The notes under the pieces: generated by a model
What the model was told of the DNA's origin: nothing
Databases searched by the model: none
Seen by the model: the letters and a program-made list of their open reading frames with translations, nothing else
Assembly (NCBI GenBank): GCA_964016885.1
Contig: OZ024742.1
Span: forward strand, 124,186,001-124,250,000
Length of the DNA: 64,000 nucleotides
Direction: 5' to 3'
Origin: Eledone cirrhosa
Lineage: Eukaryota
Made by a program: the position numbers and the translations under genes
Shown here: piece after piece, positions 39,623 to 56,798 of the stretch
How the letters are laid out: each line of letters begins with the position of its first letter
Position numbering within the stretch: position 1 is the first letter of the stretch

Positions 39623-41491
39623 TCTCATGTAGATAGAGGATAAATTTAATTGGGAATATAATTTATCTACATGTTCATTGTTGAATATAACATATATATC
39701 ATTTCCTTCATGGTCGACGTATCCAAATGCATTAATCAAAATGTAACAAAGCCTATTTTTTTTTCAGAATCCTTATTAGCTGCTTTACAGTTTCCCTTGC
39801 TTTCCATTTTTTTCATAACTTTCTTTTGTTTTGTTTTGTTTTATGCTTATTTTACCTCCAGGTGATCTTCCCTATCCAAATTAACTATTTTATTTTATTT
39901 TATTTTTGTTTTTATATTCACTTATCTTTGAATATATTGTTTTGACGTCCCAACTGTAAGAAGCACTATATACTTCTCCTATTCTGTCATGGCATACTAG
40001 CTCTATACGGATCTTAAAATTGATTAAATAAATAAATAATCATATATTAATGAATGGCATCAATGACATCAGTGGTAACTTTGGTAGATAAAACAAGTGA
40101 TTTCTATCACTGTGTGATATATATTCAAAAAAGATTTGAAATGAAATATAATTAGTAGATATCGTGTTCTTTTACCCATGGTATTTTTCGTTATTAATTT
40201 ATCAAAGAAGTTATTTATAGTTTTGTATTAATTACTGTTCTTTTTTCCTGTTGTGGACTATTGATTATGAAAAGTATTTTTGATGTAGTTATTCAAAGCA
40301 AATTAATTCATCATCGTGCACTAATTGGAAATTAATTATAATGTCATTAAAAAGTAATTCATCAGTTTTAGGCATGAAGTTATAATTAAATTATGTAGTT
40401 CTGTTATTTCAAAACATTGACGAATATATTTTACATGCGTATCCCATAACCTGACAGCTCAACGTGAAAAGGTAAGGAGAAATAACGTGTTTTCCTTAGT
40501 TGCAAATAAAATATTGAATATCACATGTATCTCAGAAACGCTTAGAAGAATCAAAACTAATAGTATAAATTACATAAATATATTTGCAACAGTTCACAAG
40601 TCAGAAATGTTATATTGTACGCAACCAAAGTGCTTCAAATTTAACAGCACCTATAAACATCTCTTTCTTTCTGTCGTTTTTAACAAAACATTCCTTAATT
40701 TCACGCATAGAAATCTGCACCTTCTTTACTATTAAGATTTTCCGAACAGTTTGACCTTTAAAATATTAATGTAAATCTAACGAAAGTAGGTATTGTTGTT
40801 GTTACTTTCTTCTGATTAACATCATACTTTAGTTAAAGGAAGAGCAAAACATCTTTAGAATCTGCTTCTATTGACAAACAAGAAGTTTTCAATTTTCAAT
40901 TGAAAATTCACATTTGATACATAATTTGTTTTCATGTTATTCGCAATGGGAATTAATTTACATGAAATAGTTATACTTGCTCTGCCCTGATACTTCACCT
41001 CAGACAAACACAAACACACACTACTTCCCCCATCCTTTCGCTCATTTCCCTGGGGAAGATAGACCAGGTAACTAACCGTGAGATAAAACCAGTGTAGATA
41101 AAAGAAACACTAAAGAAGCTAAATCATGTTAATTGCTGATGAGTAAATAATACACATACTAGCAAACAAGGCGGCACATGATCCAGTATTATTTCTCGCA
41201 CAAACTCACAGGACTTTGTCAGTAATCGACATCAAATGACCAAAGTTCAAGGTTATTTAAAGACGAATATTCACTGCAACAGAAAGACATCTACGTTGTA
41301 ATATACATATTATTTTCAACACGGAATCAAATTGGGTAATGGTCCCGTCTCCAGGCGTACTGTTACAATATCCGAATATTAAGGGCAGTAAGTAACAGTT
41401 TTATTATAGAAGCTAGGTGTTAATAGTGCAATACATGCAACATATAGACATGTACAATTAGAATATTTGGAATTTAATGTTAAGAATGTAA

Positions 41492-41755
41492 ATAATTGTT
41501 TCTACTTTAGGCACAAGGCCAGCAAATACCCAGTGTATTACTGGTTCTTTATTTTATCGACCCCGTAAGGATGAAAGGCAAAGTAAACCTCGGCGGGATT
41601 TGAACTCAGACCGTAAAGGGACGTAACTATGCTGGAAAGCATGGTGTCCGACTCTCTACCGATACTGCCAACCCACCGCCCGTTAAGAATGTAAATAATT
41701 GTTTCTACTTTAGGCACAAGGCCAGCAATTACCCAGTGCATTACGGGTACTTTAT
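41492..41755 (-). mobile_element. SINE family 1 full copy plus adjacent tail copy
   Basis: Reverse complement: ggcggtgggttggcagtatcggtagag...gagttcaaatcccgccgagg...gtcgataaaataaag.accagt; taagaatgtaaataat occurs three times. Confidence 0.85.
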
Positions 41756-41903
41756 AAGAATGTAAATAATGCTTTCTGAACACAGAAGAAAATACAATTC
41801 CACATAAATATACGACAATGTATTCTAGGTTTCCATCGCATAAACATATTCACGCAACCTTCCCCAATCTCGCATACACACACACACACTCGCTAGGAGG
41901 ATA

Positions 41904-42019
<116 letters not shown>

Positions 42020-42030
42020 TGTGTGTGTGC

Positions 42031-42064
<34 letters not shown>

Positions 42065-45000
42065 GTATACTTGAGTGCTTGAATTGAATCGCATCAATGT
42101 TTACCCTAACAATTTAGCTCGAATTAGTTGAGCGCTCTATGATGTAACCGATATAGTGGAGAAGGGAGGAACCAGCCACCAGCTACACCCGCAAATTCTC
42201 TCTATCATGGGGATAGAAATCCCTGATACTGCACGGACTTAATAATAACTTTCGGCAGGATAAATACGCGGAAACAAAAACACCGATAAATCCCTATTTT
42301 CCTGCACCAAATCGCATTTGAACAGAAGCCCCCTGAAATCATTCTATATATGGACAAATTGACAATCATATTAATCATCTATCTCATTTTGCATATATGT
42401 ACTGCATGAGTTTTTTGCATTTATAAGTTGTTTTCTTTTGTGTGCTTTATATCTGTTTTTTGGGGGGTTTTGTTCCATGTGATGGAAATTCTATCTATGT
42501 AGCCGACTAAATACTACCTTTCATATTGTAATTTACCCTCCGTTCTACTGTACGGTACTATCCTTCAGTATGTAGATAATATAACTGTAACATTAATAAC
42601 CCTTTCAAAACTTCTTACTTAAACACCTCTGTACGTACTAGATAGTATAGGTGCATAGAGTATTTCCTCACTTTAATCTATATTTTTTTTACTCACCTGA
42701 ATCTAGATTCTCACTTGAAAAATGTTTTAATTTTTAATTATTAATTTTTAATTTCTAATTTTTAATATTTGATTTCTGATTTTAGATTTTTAATTTTTAA
42801 TTTTTAGTTCTAATTTCCAACTCTCATTCATAACTTACACTGTGAAACCATGATACCATGAATCTGCTCACATGCTTACATGTGATATTAGAATACAAAT
42901 ATGTAGAAGAAAAATTATAGCAGACTCCACTTTCACTTTCGTTTCGTAAATGTCCAGCGTCCATATTAACAAAACCCAATTGCATCACCTGTTGCTGAGA
43001 AATATTTAGCTGTGTCTGTTTTTGTTTAGAAATAGTATGTCTTAATCTATGTGAGATTAGCCTCTAATTCAACCTTAGATTCTGTGGTAGAATTACTCAT
43101 GTAATCTTATATACATACCTATAAATATAGCCTGTGACGTGCTGTTTTAACTGTTTTGTTTAAAGTACATCATGTGTAGTATTGCACTACATACTATATA
43201 TATCATTTAATCAACATAAAACTATTAAACCCATGGATGAAGAGTGGCAGAATGTATGCAGTGGCTACGGAATCGAATGTTTTGCAATATTCCGCTATAT
43301 TTCAATACGTTATACGTATTCCGAAGAGCAGAAAATAAATATTAGTTATGTAGTAGAGTTTATGAAAGCTGCGGCCGTGTACCAGTAGACGAGACACAAT
43401 TGCGACAGTGAGGACACAATTGCTAGGAATAAGAAATAAATGATTTACTAATTTAAATCAAAATGACGTTTTGATTTCTGGAGTATTTAAAGCTAATGCG
43501 CCAGTAATGTTCCTGTCGCACTGTATTTCGTTCATTTCAACTCTTCGAATAATTAATCTTGATCGTAATACACAGTTACACATCCTTCAGTCAAAGCTTC
43601 ACAGAATGCATTTCAGTTCGGTGATTAGAGTTCTAAGAGAAACACCAACTGATAACTGAAAAACTAATTGATTTGATGAATTTTTTTTTGTTATTTGTTT
43701 GGCCTACTTCACCTCAGTATACTTATATCAACCTGTAAAAGGCGAAACTAAAATTAATATCACTTGTCTCTAATGTTTTCAAAAAACATCCTACACCGTT
43801 CTTCGCTGAAAGATAATTATTTGCAGAAGTGAGAAAACGTCTCTCTCTAAATTGATACTTGTAATGGTTACAACAGCATACTATTTCTCTCCAATTGTGA
43901 TGCTATCTTATGTTTTCGTTAAAGGCTGTACTAAGTCAAATGTTGGTGCTTATCCCTGTTAAACGACTGAGAGTAAACGACTCTCCCCGAACACTACGCC
44001 GGTTTTGCCAGTCAATCGCAGGTGTAATGTTCCAGCTACTGCTGTTTCTCACTCATCTTAACTGAGTACATTGGAGTGACATAATATTTTGCTGAGGAAC
44101 ACAACGCAGTACTCGAACCGATAACATTACATTCGTACATCAAGCCCCATAACCATTAAGCCATGCGCCTATTGGAACAGAGCAAGGGATAATAGGATTC
44201 TGAACGCTCATTGTCTGATAAAGAGATGGAGTAAAGAAAGGTGAAAAAACCTTTGGTCATAGATTACAAATAGTCATGTCCCAAATGAGCCTGAAGTAGA
44301 GAAATTTCATCAAATATCTTGATATTGAAAAACTGTGCGCAAATCAGATAATTTGAAAACTATACGCTCCTATCTAAACAGAAAGCTGTATAGATTAGTT
44401 TGAACAACTCAGGAAATATTACAGCTGATTCTAAATTCAACACCCAGTCTACGATTATTTTAAACATGTGCTTACTATGATCTAAATCTAAAATATATTA
44501 ATATATTATTTAAAAAGCTCATAAACACTAATTTTAAATTGTTATCATGTCAACCACAAATGTTTAAAGCAAGACTCAATCATTTTTTAAAATTTCAATG
44601 TTCTACATTGACAATCTACAATGACGAAATTTAATATTATGTTAATTAAATATTAAAATGTATATGAATCTATATCACACAGACACACACAGACACACAT
44701 ACACCCCCCCCCCCACATACACACACACACATACACACAGACAGAAAATACAAACAATTCTTGGGTTGCATTGCCTGAAATAATTCTATTGTGTAACATA
44801 GCGCATTGAAGTGCTTATTTACAAACAAATATACATATAATCTTACAAAATAAAATATCATATCTGTGGATTTAGATTTAGTATTTATGCTAAATAACAA
44901 GAAATATATTCCACTTTCTGGTTCGTTTACTCAATAAGTTGTAACAAACTTTATGATTCATGCCTGTCTTTAATACCCTCTACCATAAATATCAAACCAA

Positions 45001-45601
45001 ATACGTCCCGGGTTCTATAACATGAAACCAAGTTACATGATTACGTGTTATTTTATAATATCAATGAGTTGTCCCTAACACTTATATTCGTGTATTCATG
45101 GGGCTCATTTAGCTCTGTATTCTACTTAATAGCTTGATGTCTACCATTGCGTGTATTTTCTGAATTTTTGACTAATTAGATCCTAATTAAAAGAAAAAAC
45201 ATCGCGCTTTTTGGAATCTATTTTATTACTTTGTTATTATTACAGTTAATATTGTGTGCAATACACAACGAGGCTGAATGCAATGAAAATACATGAACGA
45301 AATAATTTTAATTGTAGTAGAAATATACTAAGAATTTCTTTTTGGCGAAGATGGAATCGAAATTCAATGGAATCATTGACTTGATAGAAAGAAATATTTT
45401 TACGATAACTCTTGGATAATTAACGGTTACCGTTCCTTTCTACACATATAACAGATAATATGTCATGTACCCGCTTTTGAAATTATAAACACCTGAATTT
45501 GAATGGAAATGCATTTTGTGAGCTCAGGAAAATGGAATGTAACGTTTAAAATACTATTGTACGCGTTCAACTATTGAATTATAATATATTAATACATACA
45601 A

Positions 45602-45720
45602 GGGCGGTGGTTAGGCATTATCGGTGCGTTCTGATTTCAAATCCCTCCGAGGTTAGCTTTGTTTATCATATTTACGGACTCGATAAAATAAATAATCAGT
45701 AATGCACTGGGGTTGATCGA
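45602..45720 (+). mobile_element. Degenerate SINE family 1 copy
   Basis: gggcggtgg...tttcaaatccctccgagg...tcgataaaata. Confidence 0.6.
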
Positions 45721-46560
45721 ATCAAACCACCTCATAAGAAAAATTGTTATTCCTGCGTATGCTAAGCTGCATTCTCAAATAATGTAGGCAATATCGAGAT
45801 GTCAAACATTGACTCCGTGTCAGTCCCTTCATCAAACTAAAGAGATAAAGCATCACTAAAACCAGTCGACCAGTATTAATTATACCATGCACGTTATATA
45901 CAAATATTGTGTGACAAGTGCCTCAACAACAACCTGAAAATAGCAGATGTAGCCGATGTGCTTAAACTCCTTCTCATTGAAGGGCTCTTGATTATGACGA
46001 AATTCCACCAAAAGTTTGCAAATGTTGTGGAGATATATCTGTGGCTGGAATACTCATGCTGTAGACATCTGGCAAAAGGCGAATGTGCCCAAGCCATACT
46101 GTATAGCCCCGTCTATGTGATAGACAGGTGATAGACCATAATCGGAATATATTCCTCCTTAATATCAACATAGATGGGAAGGCCCGCGGGAAAGGGATTA
46201 GAGTGTTCCACTCACAGCTGTAAAGTCGTGAGTTTGATTCGCGGTGGCGCGTTTTATCTTTGAGCAAGACACTTTATTTCACGTTGCTCCAATCTATTTA
46301 GCTGTAAAACCAAGAATAGTATCTGCAATAAAAAATATATTTGACATCACGTGTCCACGGAAAATATTACGACTGCTATATTTGACAGTCACTTTACACA
46401 CCAACATCAAAATACCGATAACGACAAGTCTACAGTTAATTGAGAAAGTGAGTATAAACAGTTAAAACATACACGTAGCAAAACTTTCAAAAACATCGAG
46501 TTGTGCATGAAGCCTTTTCTCAAAACTAGACATAAAATGACAATATTAAACCAAAAACCA

Positions 46561-46740
46561 AATAATTGTTTCTACGTTAGGCACAAGGCCAGCAATTACC
46601 CAGTGCATTACTGGTACTTTATTTTATCGACCCCGTAAGATTGAAAGGCAACGTCAACGTCGGCGGCATTTGAACTCAGATCGTAAAGGGACGTAACTAT
46701 GCTGGAAAGCATGGCGTCCGACCCTCTACCGATACTGCCA
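46561..46740 (-). mobile_element. SINE family 1 copy
   Basis: Reverse complement matches 46864-47060. Confidence 0.85.
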
Positions 46741-46863
46741 AACCAAATAATGAAATTCTACGTGTTCTCGACGAAAATAGAGGTGAATATTTACGACAAA
46801 GTAAATACCCCTATATTTTGGCTAATTACTGTCTGTTTATATGTTGCAGCTATGACAGGGAAA

Positions 46864-47060
46864 GAGCGGTGGATTGGCAGTATCGGTAGAGGGTCTGACG
46901 CCATGCTCTGCAGCAAAGAGTTACGGCCCTTGCCATTCTGAGTTCAAATCCCGCCTAGGTTAACTTTGCATTTCATCCCTACGGCGTCGATAAAATAAAG
47001 TACCAGTAATACATTGGGATAATTGCTAGCCTTGTGCCAAAAAAGTAGAAACAATTATTT
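46864..47060 (+). mobile_element. SINE family 1 full copy (tRNA-like head)
   Basis: tggcagtatcgg (A box-like), gagttcaaatcc (B box), tail gtcgataaaataaagtaccagt...agaaacaattatt. Confidence 0.88.
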
Positions 47061-47634
47061 TGGTTAACAGAAACAAAACACAAAATTTCCATCGTAATAT
47101 TTCAAAAATAGATATATAGATCGCTGAAAAAAGTTTAGATATATTAACGCACATACGGATTCAGGATAAATGAAGTACTAATACATATATTTACGAAATC
47201 TTTGATCAATGTAGACGAATTTGAACATAGTAAAATCTGTAATGAAAAGTGATTGGAAGAATTAAAGATCACAATCTACGCACGGACACTCAGATAAGAC
47301 GCACTCACATACGCTTAGGAAACACACACAAACACACATACACTTATGCTCATACACTCACAAGTACACACACATATAGACTCAAATACAGGCACCCATA
47401 TGCAAACACATACACCGACACAAATAGTGGCATGGAATAGAATGGAAAGAAAATTCAGTAAGTATTTAGTGAGGGGACGAGCTCCATCAGCTGAAAAAAA
47501 AAATGCCCTAGAAATGTCGTATGTCAATACGGCCCCTATTCAAGAGCTTCACCAGAGCTTCACCTCTTCTTTATAAATGATACAAAATCATTCATTTTAA
47601 AAATTTTACATTTATTAAAATCATCAATTATATT

Positions 47635-47808
47635 TGGATTGGCAGTATCGGTAGATGGTCGAACGCCATGCTTTGACGCCCTTTCCATTCTGAGTTCAAA
47701 TCCCGCCGAGGTCAACTTTGCCTTTCATCCTTACGGGGTCGATAAAATAAAGTACCAGTAATGTACTGAGTAATTGCTGACCTTGTGCCAAAGATAGAAA
47801 CAATTATC
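47635..47808 (+). mobile_element. SINE family 1 copy
   Basis: Same boxes and tail as 46864-47060. Confidence 0.85.
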
Positions 47809-48289
47809 TTATAATATTATAGAAGAACAAGTGTTAAATTATATTCAAAATTAAAGCCGAATAGAAGAACAAGTGTTAAATTATATTCAAAATAAAAGCC
47901 GAATAACGAGGGAAGTAAACGTTATTTTATTTTACACAGATGTTTGCATAGAAATAAAACAGACTATTAATGGGAACAAAAAAAAAGAAGAAAAAAGGAA
48001 ATGAAAAGAAAAATGAAAAAAAAAGGTAGAAGCAACGAAAGATGGGAGAGGGAAATCACGCACTACACCCCAGTCCGAACGGTGTTTTAGCTGGGACCCG
48101 GGGATAAAATGCCAAGAACATTACAGTTGAGAATGGCTTGAGACACATGTTTCTTAAAAAATATTCATAATATAATTAGTAATTTCTTAATACCTATTAT
48201 AACATGTCGAAATAGTAACATATAGGCAAAAGGGTGTCGTGTTTGGTGCACGGGACTCACTTTTAATAATGGAATATATTAGACGAAAT

Positions 48290-48600
48290 AACTATATACG
48301 CATGCATACGCACGCGTATGTTTATCGTAAGCATGTAATTAAGACATACAAGGAGCATTTAGTCATGATAAATTTAATACGAGCAAAAGCATGGCGCTTA
48401 CGTGATTCTTATATCATACCAGGTAAATATATATATAGTGTATATATATATAAGCAAAAAATGAAATTTCATATTTTCCATTTATCGTTTTCGCTCCACC
48501 CGGCCTACTAACTCACTCGATATGCAAATTAGGCTGCTCAGCCGTTAATATGCATAAGGTAAATATATACTTTCAAACGTTCTATCGATTGACAAGAAGG
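48290..48600 (+). repeat. Diverged dispersed copy of the 475-bp retrozyme-like unit, truncated just before the HHR
   Basis: aaatgaaatttc...tttatcgttttcg...aactcactcgatatgcaaattaggctgctcagccgttaat...cataagg...atatactttc.aacgttc matches the reverse complement of ~55378-55530. Confidence 0.75.
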
Positions 48601-48704
48601 TATATATATATACATATATATACATATATATATGTATATATATATAATACATACATATATATACATATATATAAATATATATATATACATATATATACAT
48701 ATAT

Positions 48705-48735
<31 letters not shown>

Positions 48736-48737
48736 TA

Positions 48738-49713
<976 letters not shown>

Positions 49714-49861
49714 ATATATACATATACATATATATATATATACATATATATATATACATATATGCATATATATATATACATATACATATATATATATACA
49801 TATATACATATATACATATACATATACATATATACATATATACATATACATATATACATAT

Positions 49862-49924
<63 letters not shown>

Positions 49925-49933
49925 CATATATAC

Positions 49934-49964
<31 letters not shown>

Positions 49965-50003
49965 CATATATACATATATATATATACATATATACATATA
50001 TAT

Positions 50004-50036
<33 letters not shown>

Positions 50037-50063
50037 TATATACATATATATATACATATATAC

Positions 50064-50094
<31 letters not shown>

Positions 50095-50153
50095 CATATA
50101 TACATATATACATATATATATATATATACATATATACATATATATATACATAT

Positions 50154-50188
<35 letters not shown>

Positions 50189-50210
50189 CATATATACATA
50201 TATATATATA

Positions 50211-50816
50211 GTGGCTGCCAACTCGTTTTTGAGTACGGCCACTACTTTATATCCATGTAGGAGAACCCCTACCGAAGCGCTGAACGAGTGTGACTTTTTA
50301 GTCCAGCCAGCGACTTGAAAACTCTGGTACAAACACTACACTTGTGACAATTATTGACACAGTGCTGGGCCCATGGTACCATGTGAGGACAAGTGCAGAG
50401 AGATCTCCAGATATAAAGCAATGCCTGTGCCGTGAAGCTTTTAAAGTGAGCAAAGGCACTGCACAAAGCCAGTCCCACTCTCTTAACCAAGATGATATTT
50501 ACCAAAAAAGAAGAACAAGTCAACATCATTGGATACCATCAGGGTTGCAGGTGTTATATCAGAGTTTTCCTTCTCCTAGAATTCTGCCTTGACAAAGGCT
50601 AAGAGGTCATCTCTCCCGGTGATTTTGGATGGCCATTGACTCTTAAGAGCTCCTTTGCCCTTTGACAGGTTTTGTTTTTAGTCCTGCAGGATGTCCAAAG
50701 TCACCCTCCTCACCAAGAAACCTTAGTGGGGTTGCCAGTTTAGTCGCCAACGACCCGACCATGAGACAGGTTGTACTGGGATACATGTTACCAGTAGCAC
50801 CAAGTGGTGACCTGAC
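50211..50816 (-). mobile_element. Short bipartite RTE-derived non-autonomous element (5'UTR + C-terminal zinc-finger/3' end)
   Basis: Minus strand: RTE-type 5'UTR motif ggagaaggaaaactctgat, then [23 protein letters not shown] (C2H2-like RTE C-terminus); no RT/APE coding between them. Confidence 0.72.
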
Positions 50817-50837
50817 ATATATATATATGTATATATG

Positions 50838-50911
<74 letters not shown>

Positions 50912-50932
50912 ATATATTATATATATACATAT

Positions 50933-51146
<214 letters not shown>

Positions 51147-51213
51147 ATATATACATATACATATATACATATATACATATATATATATATACATATACAT
51201 ATAATATATATAC

Positions 51214-51268
<55 letters not shown>

Positions 51269-51292
51269 CATATATAATACTATATATATACA

Positions 51293-51433
<141 letters not shown>

Positions 51434-51442
51434 TATATATAC

Positions 51443-51531
<89 letters not shown>

Positions 51532-51558
51532 TATATACATATATATATATATACATAC

Positions 51559-51779
<221 letters not shown>

Positions 51780-51809
51780 CATATATATATAATATATATA
51801 TATATATAC

Positions 51810-51962
<153 letters not shown>

Positions 51963-51963
51963 C

Positions 51964-52146
<183 letters not shown>

Positions 52147-52165
52147 TAATATATATATATATATA

Positions 52166-52289
<124 letters not shown>

Positions 52290-52310
52290 TATACATATAT
52301 ATATATATAT

Positions 52311-52561
<251 letters not shown>

Positions 52562-52936
52562 CATATATATATATATACATACATATATATATATATACAT
52601 ATATATATACATACATATATATATATATACATATATATACATATGTATATATATATACATATATATATATACATATAAATATATATATACATACATATAT
52701 ATATATAATATATATATACATATGTATATATATATACAATATATATATATACATATATATATACATACATATATATATATACATATATATATACATACAT
52801 ATATATATACATATATATATATACATATATATATATACATGTATATATATACATATATATATATACATATATATATATACATATATATATATATACATAT
52901 ATATATATACATATATATATATATACATATATATAT

Positions 52937-52995
<59 letters not shown>

Positions 52996-53020
52996 CATAT
53001 ATACATATATATATATATCC

Positions 53021-53051
<31 letters not shown>

Positions 53052-53060
53052 CATATATAC

Positions 53061-53205
<145 letters not shown>

Positions 53206-53212
53206 CATATAC

Positions 53213-53493
<281 letters not shown>

Positions 53494-53522
53494 CATATAT
53501 ATATATTATATATATATATGCA

Positions 53523-53600
<78 letters not shown>

Positions 53601-53604
53601 GATA

Positions 53605-53684
<80 letters not shown>

Positions 53685-53703
53685 CATATATATACATATA
53701 TAC

Positions 53704-54161
53704 ATGGTGGCTGCCAACTCGTTTTCGAGTACGGCCACTACTTTATATCCATGTAGGAGAACCCCTACTGATGCGCTGAACGAGTGTGACTTTTTAGTCC
53801 AGCCAGCGACTTGAAAACTCTGGTACAAAGACTACACTTGTGACAATTATTGACACATAGTGTTGGGCCATGGTACCATGTGACGACAAGTGCAGAGAGA
53901 TCTCCAGATATAAAGCAATGCCTGTGCCGTGAAGCTTTTATAGTGAGCAAAGGCACTGCACAAAGCCAGTCCCACTCTCTTAACCAAGATGATATTTACC
54001 AAAAAAGAAGAACAAGTCAACATCATTGGATACCATCAGGGTTGCAGGTGTTATATCAGAGTTTTCCTTCTCCTAGACTTCTGCCTTGACAAAGGCTAAG
54101 GGGTCATCTCTCCCGGTGATTTTGGATGCCATTGACTCTTAAGAGCTCCTTTGCCCTTTGA
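53704..54161 (-). mobile_element. Second, 5'-truncated copy of the bipartite RTE-derived element
   Basis: Near-identical to 50211-50665; [22 protein letters not shown]. Confidence 0.8.
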
Positions 54162-54169
54162 TATATACA

Positions 54170-54295
<126 letters not shown>

Positions 54296-54298
54296 TAC

Positions 54299-54403
<105 letters not shown>

Positions 54404-54524
54404 CATATATATACATATATATATATATATACATATATATACATATATACATATATATATATATATACATATATATACATATATATATACATATACATAT
54501 ATATACATATATATATACATATAC

Positions 54525-54583
<59 letters not shown>

Positions 54584-54608
54584 CATATATATACATATAT
54601 ATATATAC

Positions 54609-54644
<36 letters not shown>

Positions 54645-54682
54645 ACATACATATATATATACATATACATATATATATATAC

Positions 54683-54713
<31 letters not shown>

Positions 54714-54721
54714 CATACATA

Positions 54722-54762
<41 letters not shown>

Positions 54763-54821
54763 ATATACATACATACTATATATATATATATATATATATA
54801 CATACATACATATATATATAC

Positions 54822-54854
<33 letters not shown>

Positions 54855-54886
54855 TATGTAAGTATATATATATATACATACATATA

Positions 54887-54924
<38 letters not shown>

Positions 54925-54930
54925 CATATA

Positions 54931-54962
<32 letters not shown>

Positions 54963-55043
54963 CATACATATATATATGTATATATATATATACATACATA
55001 TATATATGTATATATATATATATATATATACATATATACATAC

Positions 55044-55094
<51 letters not shown>

Positions 55095-55328
55095 TATGCA
55101 TGTATACGTACATACATATATGTATACAGACGTACAGTAGCATGCATATATATATATATATATATACATACATATGCATACAGGTACACATACATACATG
55201 CACGTATCAGTTTAGCGGCGCTTATTATAACGTCGCTTTGTTCGTTTGTAAACAAACTGAACAGCCTGAATTTATGCCATACGGTGTTAAGGCAACCACG
55301 TCACCTTTTTGTTCAACACTGACACAGG

Positions 55329-55373
55329 AACGATGTACTAGTTTCAAGCTTGTTAGCTATCATCAGCACCGTT
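55329..55373 (-). ncRNA. Minimal type I hammerhead ribozyme, family H6, unit 1
   Basis: AACGGUG-CUGAUGA-U AGCU AACA AGCU U-GAAA-CUAG-UA/CAUCGUU: 7-bp stem I, 4-bp stem II, palindromic ACUAGU stem III, GUA triplet. Confidence 0.88.
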
Positions 55374-55803
55374 TACCCATCTGCCAGATAGTTGAACGTT
55401 CGAAAGTATATACTTTCCTTATGAAAATTAACGGCTGACCAGCCTAATTTGCATATTGAGTGAGTTAAATCGGTCAGGCATACCGAAAACGATAAATGGA
55501 AACAAAATGAAAACGAAATTTCATTTCTCACTCTTAGTATGGCACTCACTTAAATGTAAGTATGCATGTATTCGTACATACATATATGTATACAGACGTA
55601 CAGTAGCATGCATATATATATATATATATATACATATATACATACATATGCATACAGGTACACATACATACATGCACGTATCAGTTTAGCGGGCGCTTAT
55701 TATAACGTCGCTTTGTTCGTTTGTAAACAAACTGAACAGCCTGAATTTATGCCATACGGTGTTAAGGCAACCACGTCACCTTTTTGTTCAACACTGACAC
55801 AGG

Positions 55804-55848
55804 AACGATGTACAAGTTTCAAGCTTGTTAGCTATCATCAGCACCGTT
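55804..55848 (-). ncRNA. Hammerhead H6, unit 2 (stem III ACUUGU)
   Basis: As unit 1, with one change that breaks the helix III palindrome. Confidence 0.82.
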
Positions 55849-56279
55849 TACCCATCTGCCAGATAGTTGAACGTTCGAAAGTATATACTTTCCTTATGAA
55901 AATTAACGGCTGACCAGCCTAATTTGCATATTGAGTGAGTTAAATCGGTCAGGCATACCGAAAACAATAAATTGAATCAAAATGAAAACGAAATTTCATT
56001 TCTCACTCTTAGTATGGCACTTACTTAAATGTAAGTATGCATGTATACGTACATACATATATGTGTACAGACGTACAGTAGCATGCATATATATATATAT
56101 ATATATATACATATATACATACATATGCATACAGGTACACATACATACATGCACGTATCAGTTTAGCGGCGCTTATTATAACGTCGCTTTGTTCGTTTGT
56201 AAACAAACTGAACAGCCTGAATTTATGCCATACGGTGTTAAGGCAACCACGTCACCTTTTTGTTCAACACTGACACAGG

Positions 56280-56324
56280 AACGATGTACTAGTTTCAAGC
56301 TTGTTAGCTATCATCAGCACCGTT
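56280..56324 (-). ncRNA. Hammerhead H6, unit 3 (intact)
   Basis: Identical to the unit 1 motif. Confidence 0.88.
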
Positions 56325-56753
56325 TACCCATCTGCCAGATAGTTGAACGTTCGAAAGTATATACTTTCCTTATGAAAATTAACGGCTGAGCAGCCTAATT
56401 TGGATATTGAGTGAGTTAAATCGGTCAGGCATACTGAAAACGATAAGTTGAAACAAAATGAAAACGAAATTTCATTTCTCACTCTTAGTATGGCACTTAC
56501 TTAAATGTAAGTATGCATGTATACGTACATACATATATGTATACAGACGTACAGTAGCATGCATATATATATATATATATATACATATATACATACATAT
56601 GCATACAGGTACACATACATACACGCACGTATCAGTTTAGCGGCGCTTATTATAACGTCGCTTTGTTCGTTTGTAAACAAACTGAACAGCCTGAATTTAT
56701 GCCATACGGTGTTAAGGCAACCACCTCACCTTTTTGTTCAACACTGACACAGG

Positions 56754-56798
56754 AACGATGTACTAGTTTCAAGCTTGTTAGCTATTATCAGCACCGTT
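56754..56798 (-). ncRNA. Hammerhead H6, unit 4 (core CUGAUAA, G8A, probably inactive in cis)
   Basis: Plus strand reads gctattatcagc instead of gctatcatcagc. Confidence 0.75.

Noticed and set aside
47819-47905. ~42-bp direct repeat as CRISPR-like
   Set aside because: Two adjacent copies without a spacer; a simple tandem duplication in eukaryotic DNA.
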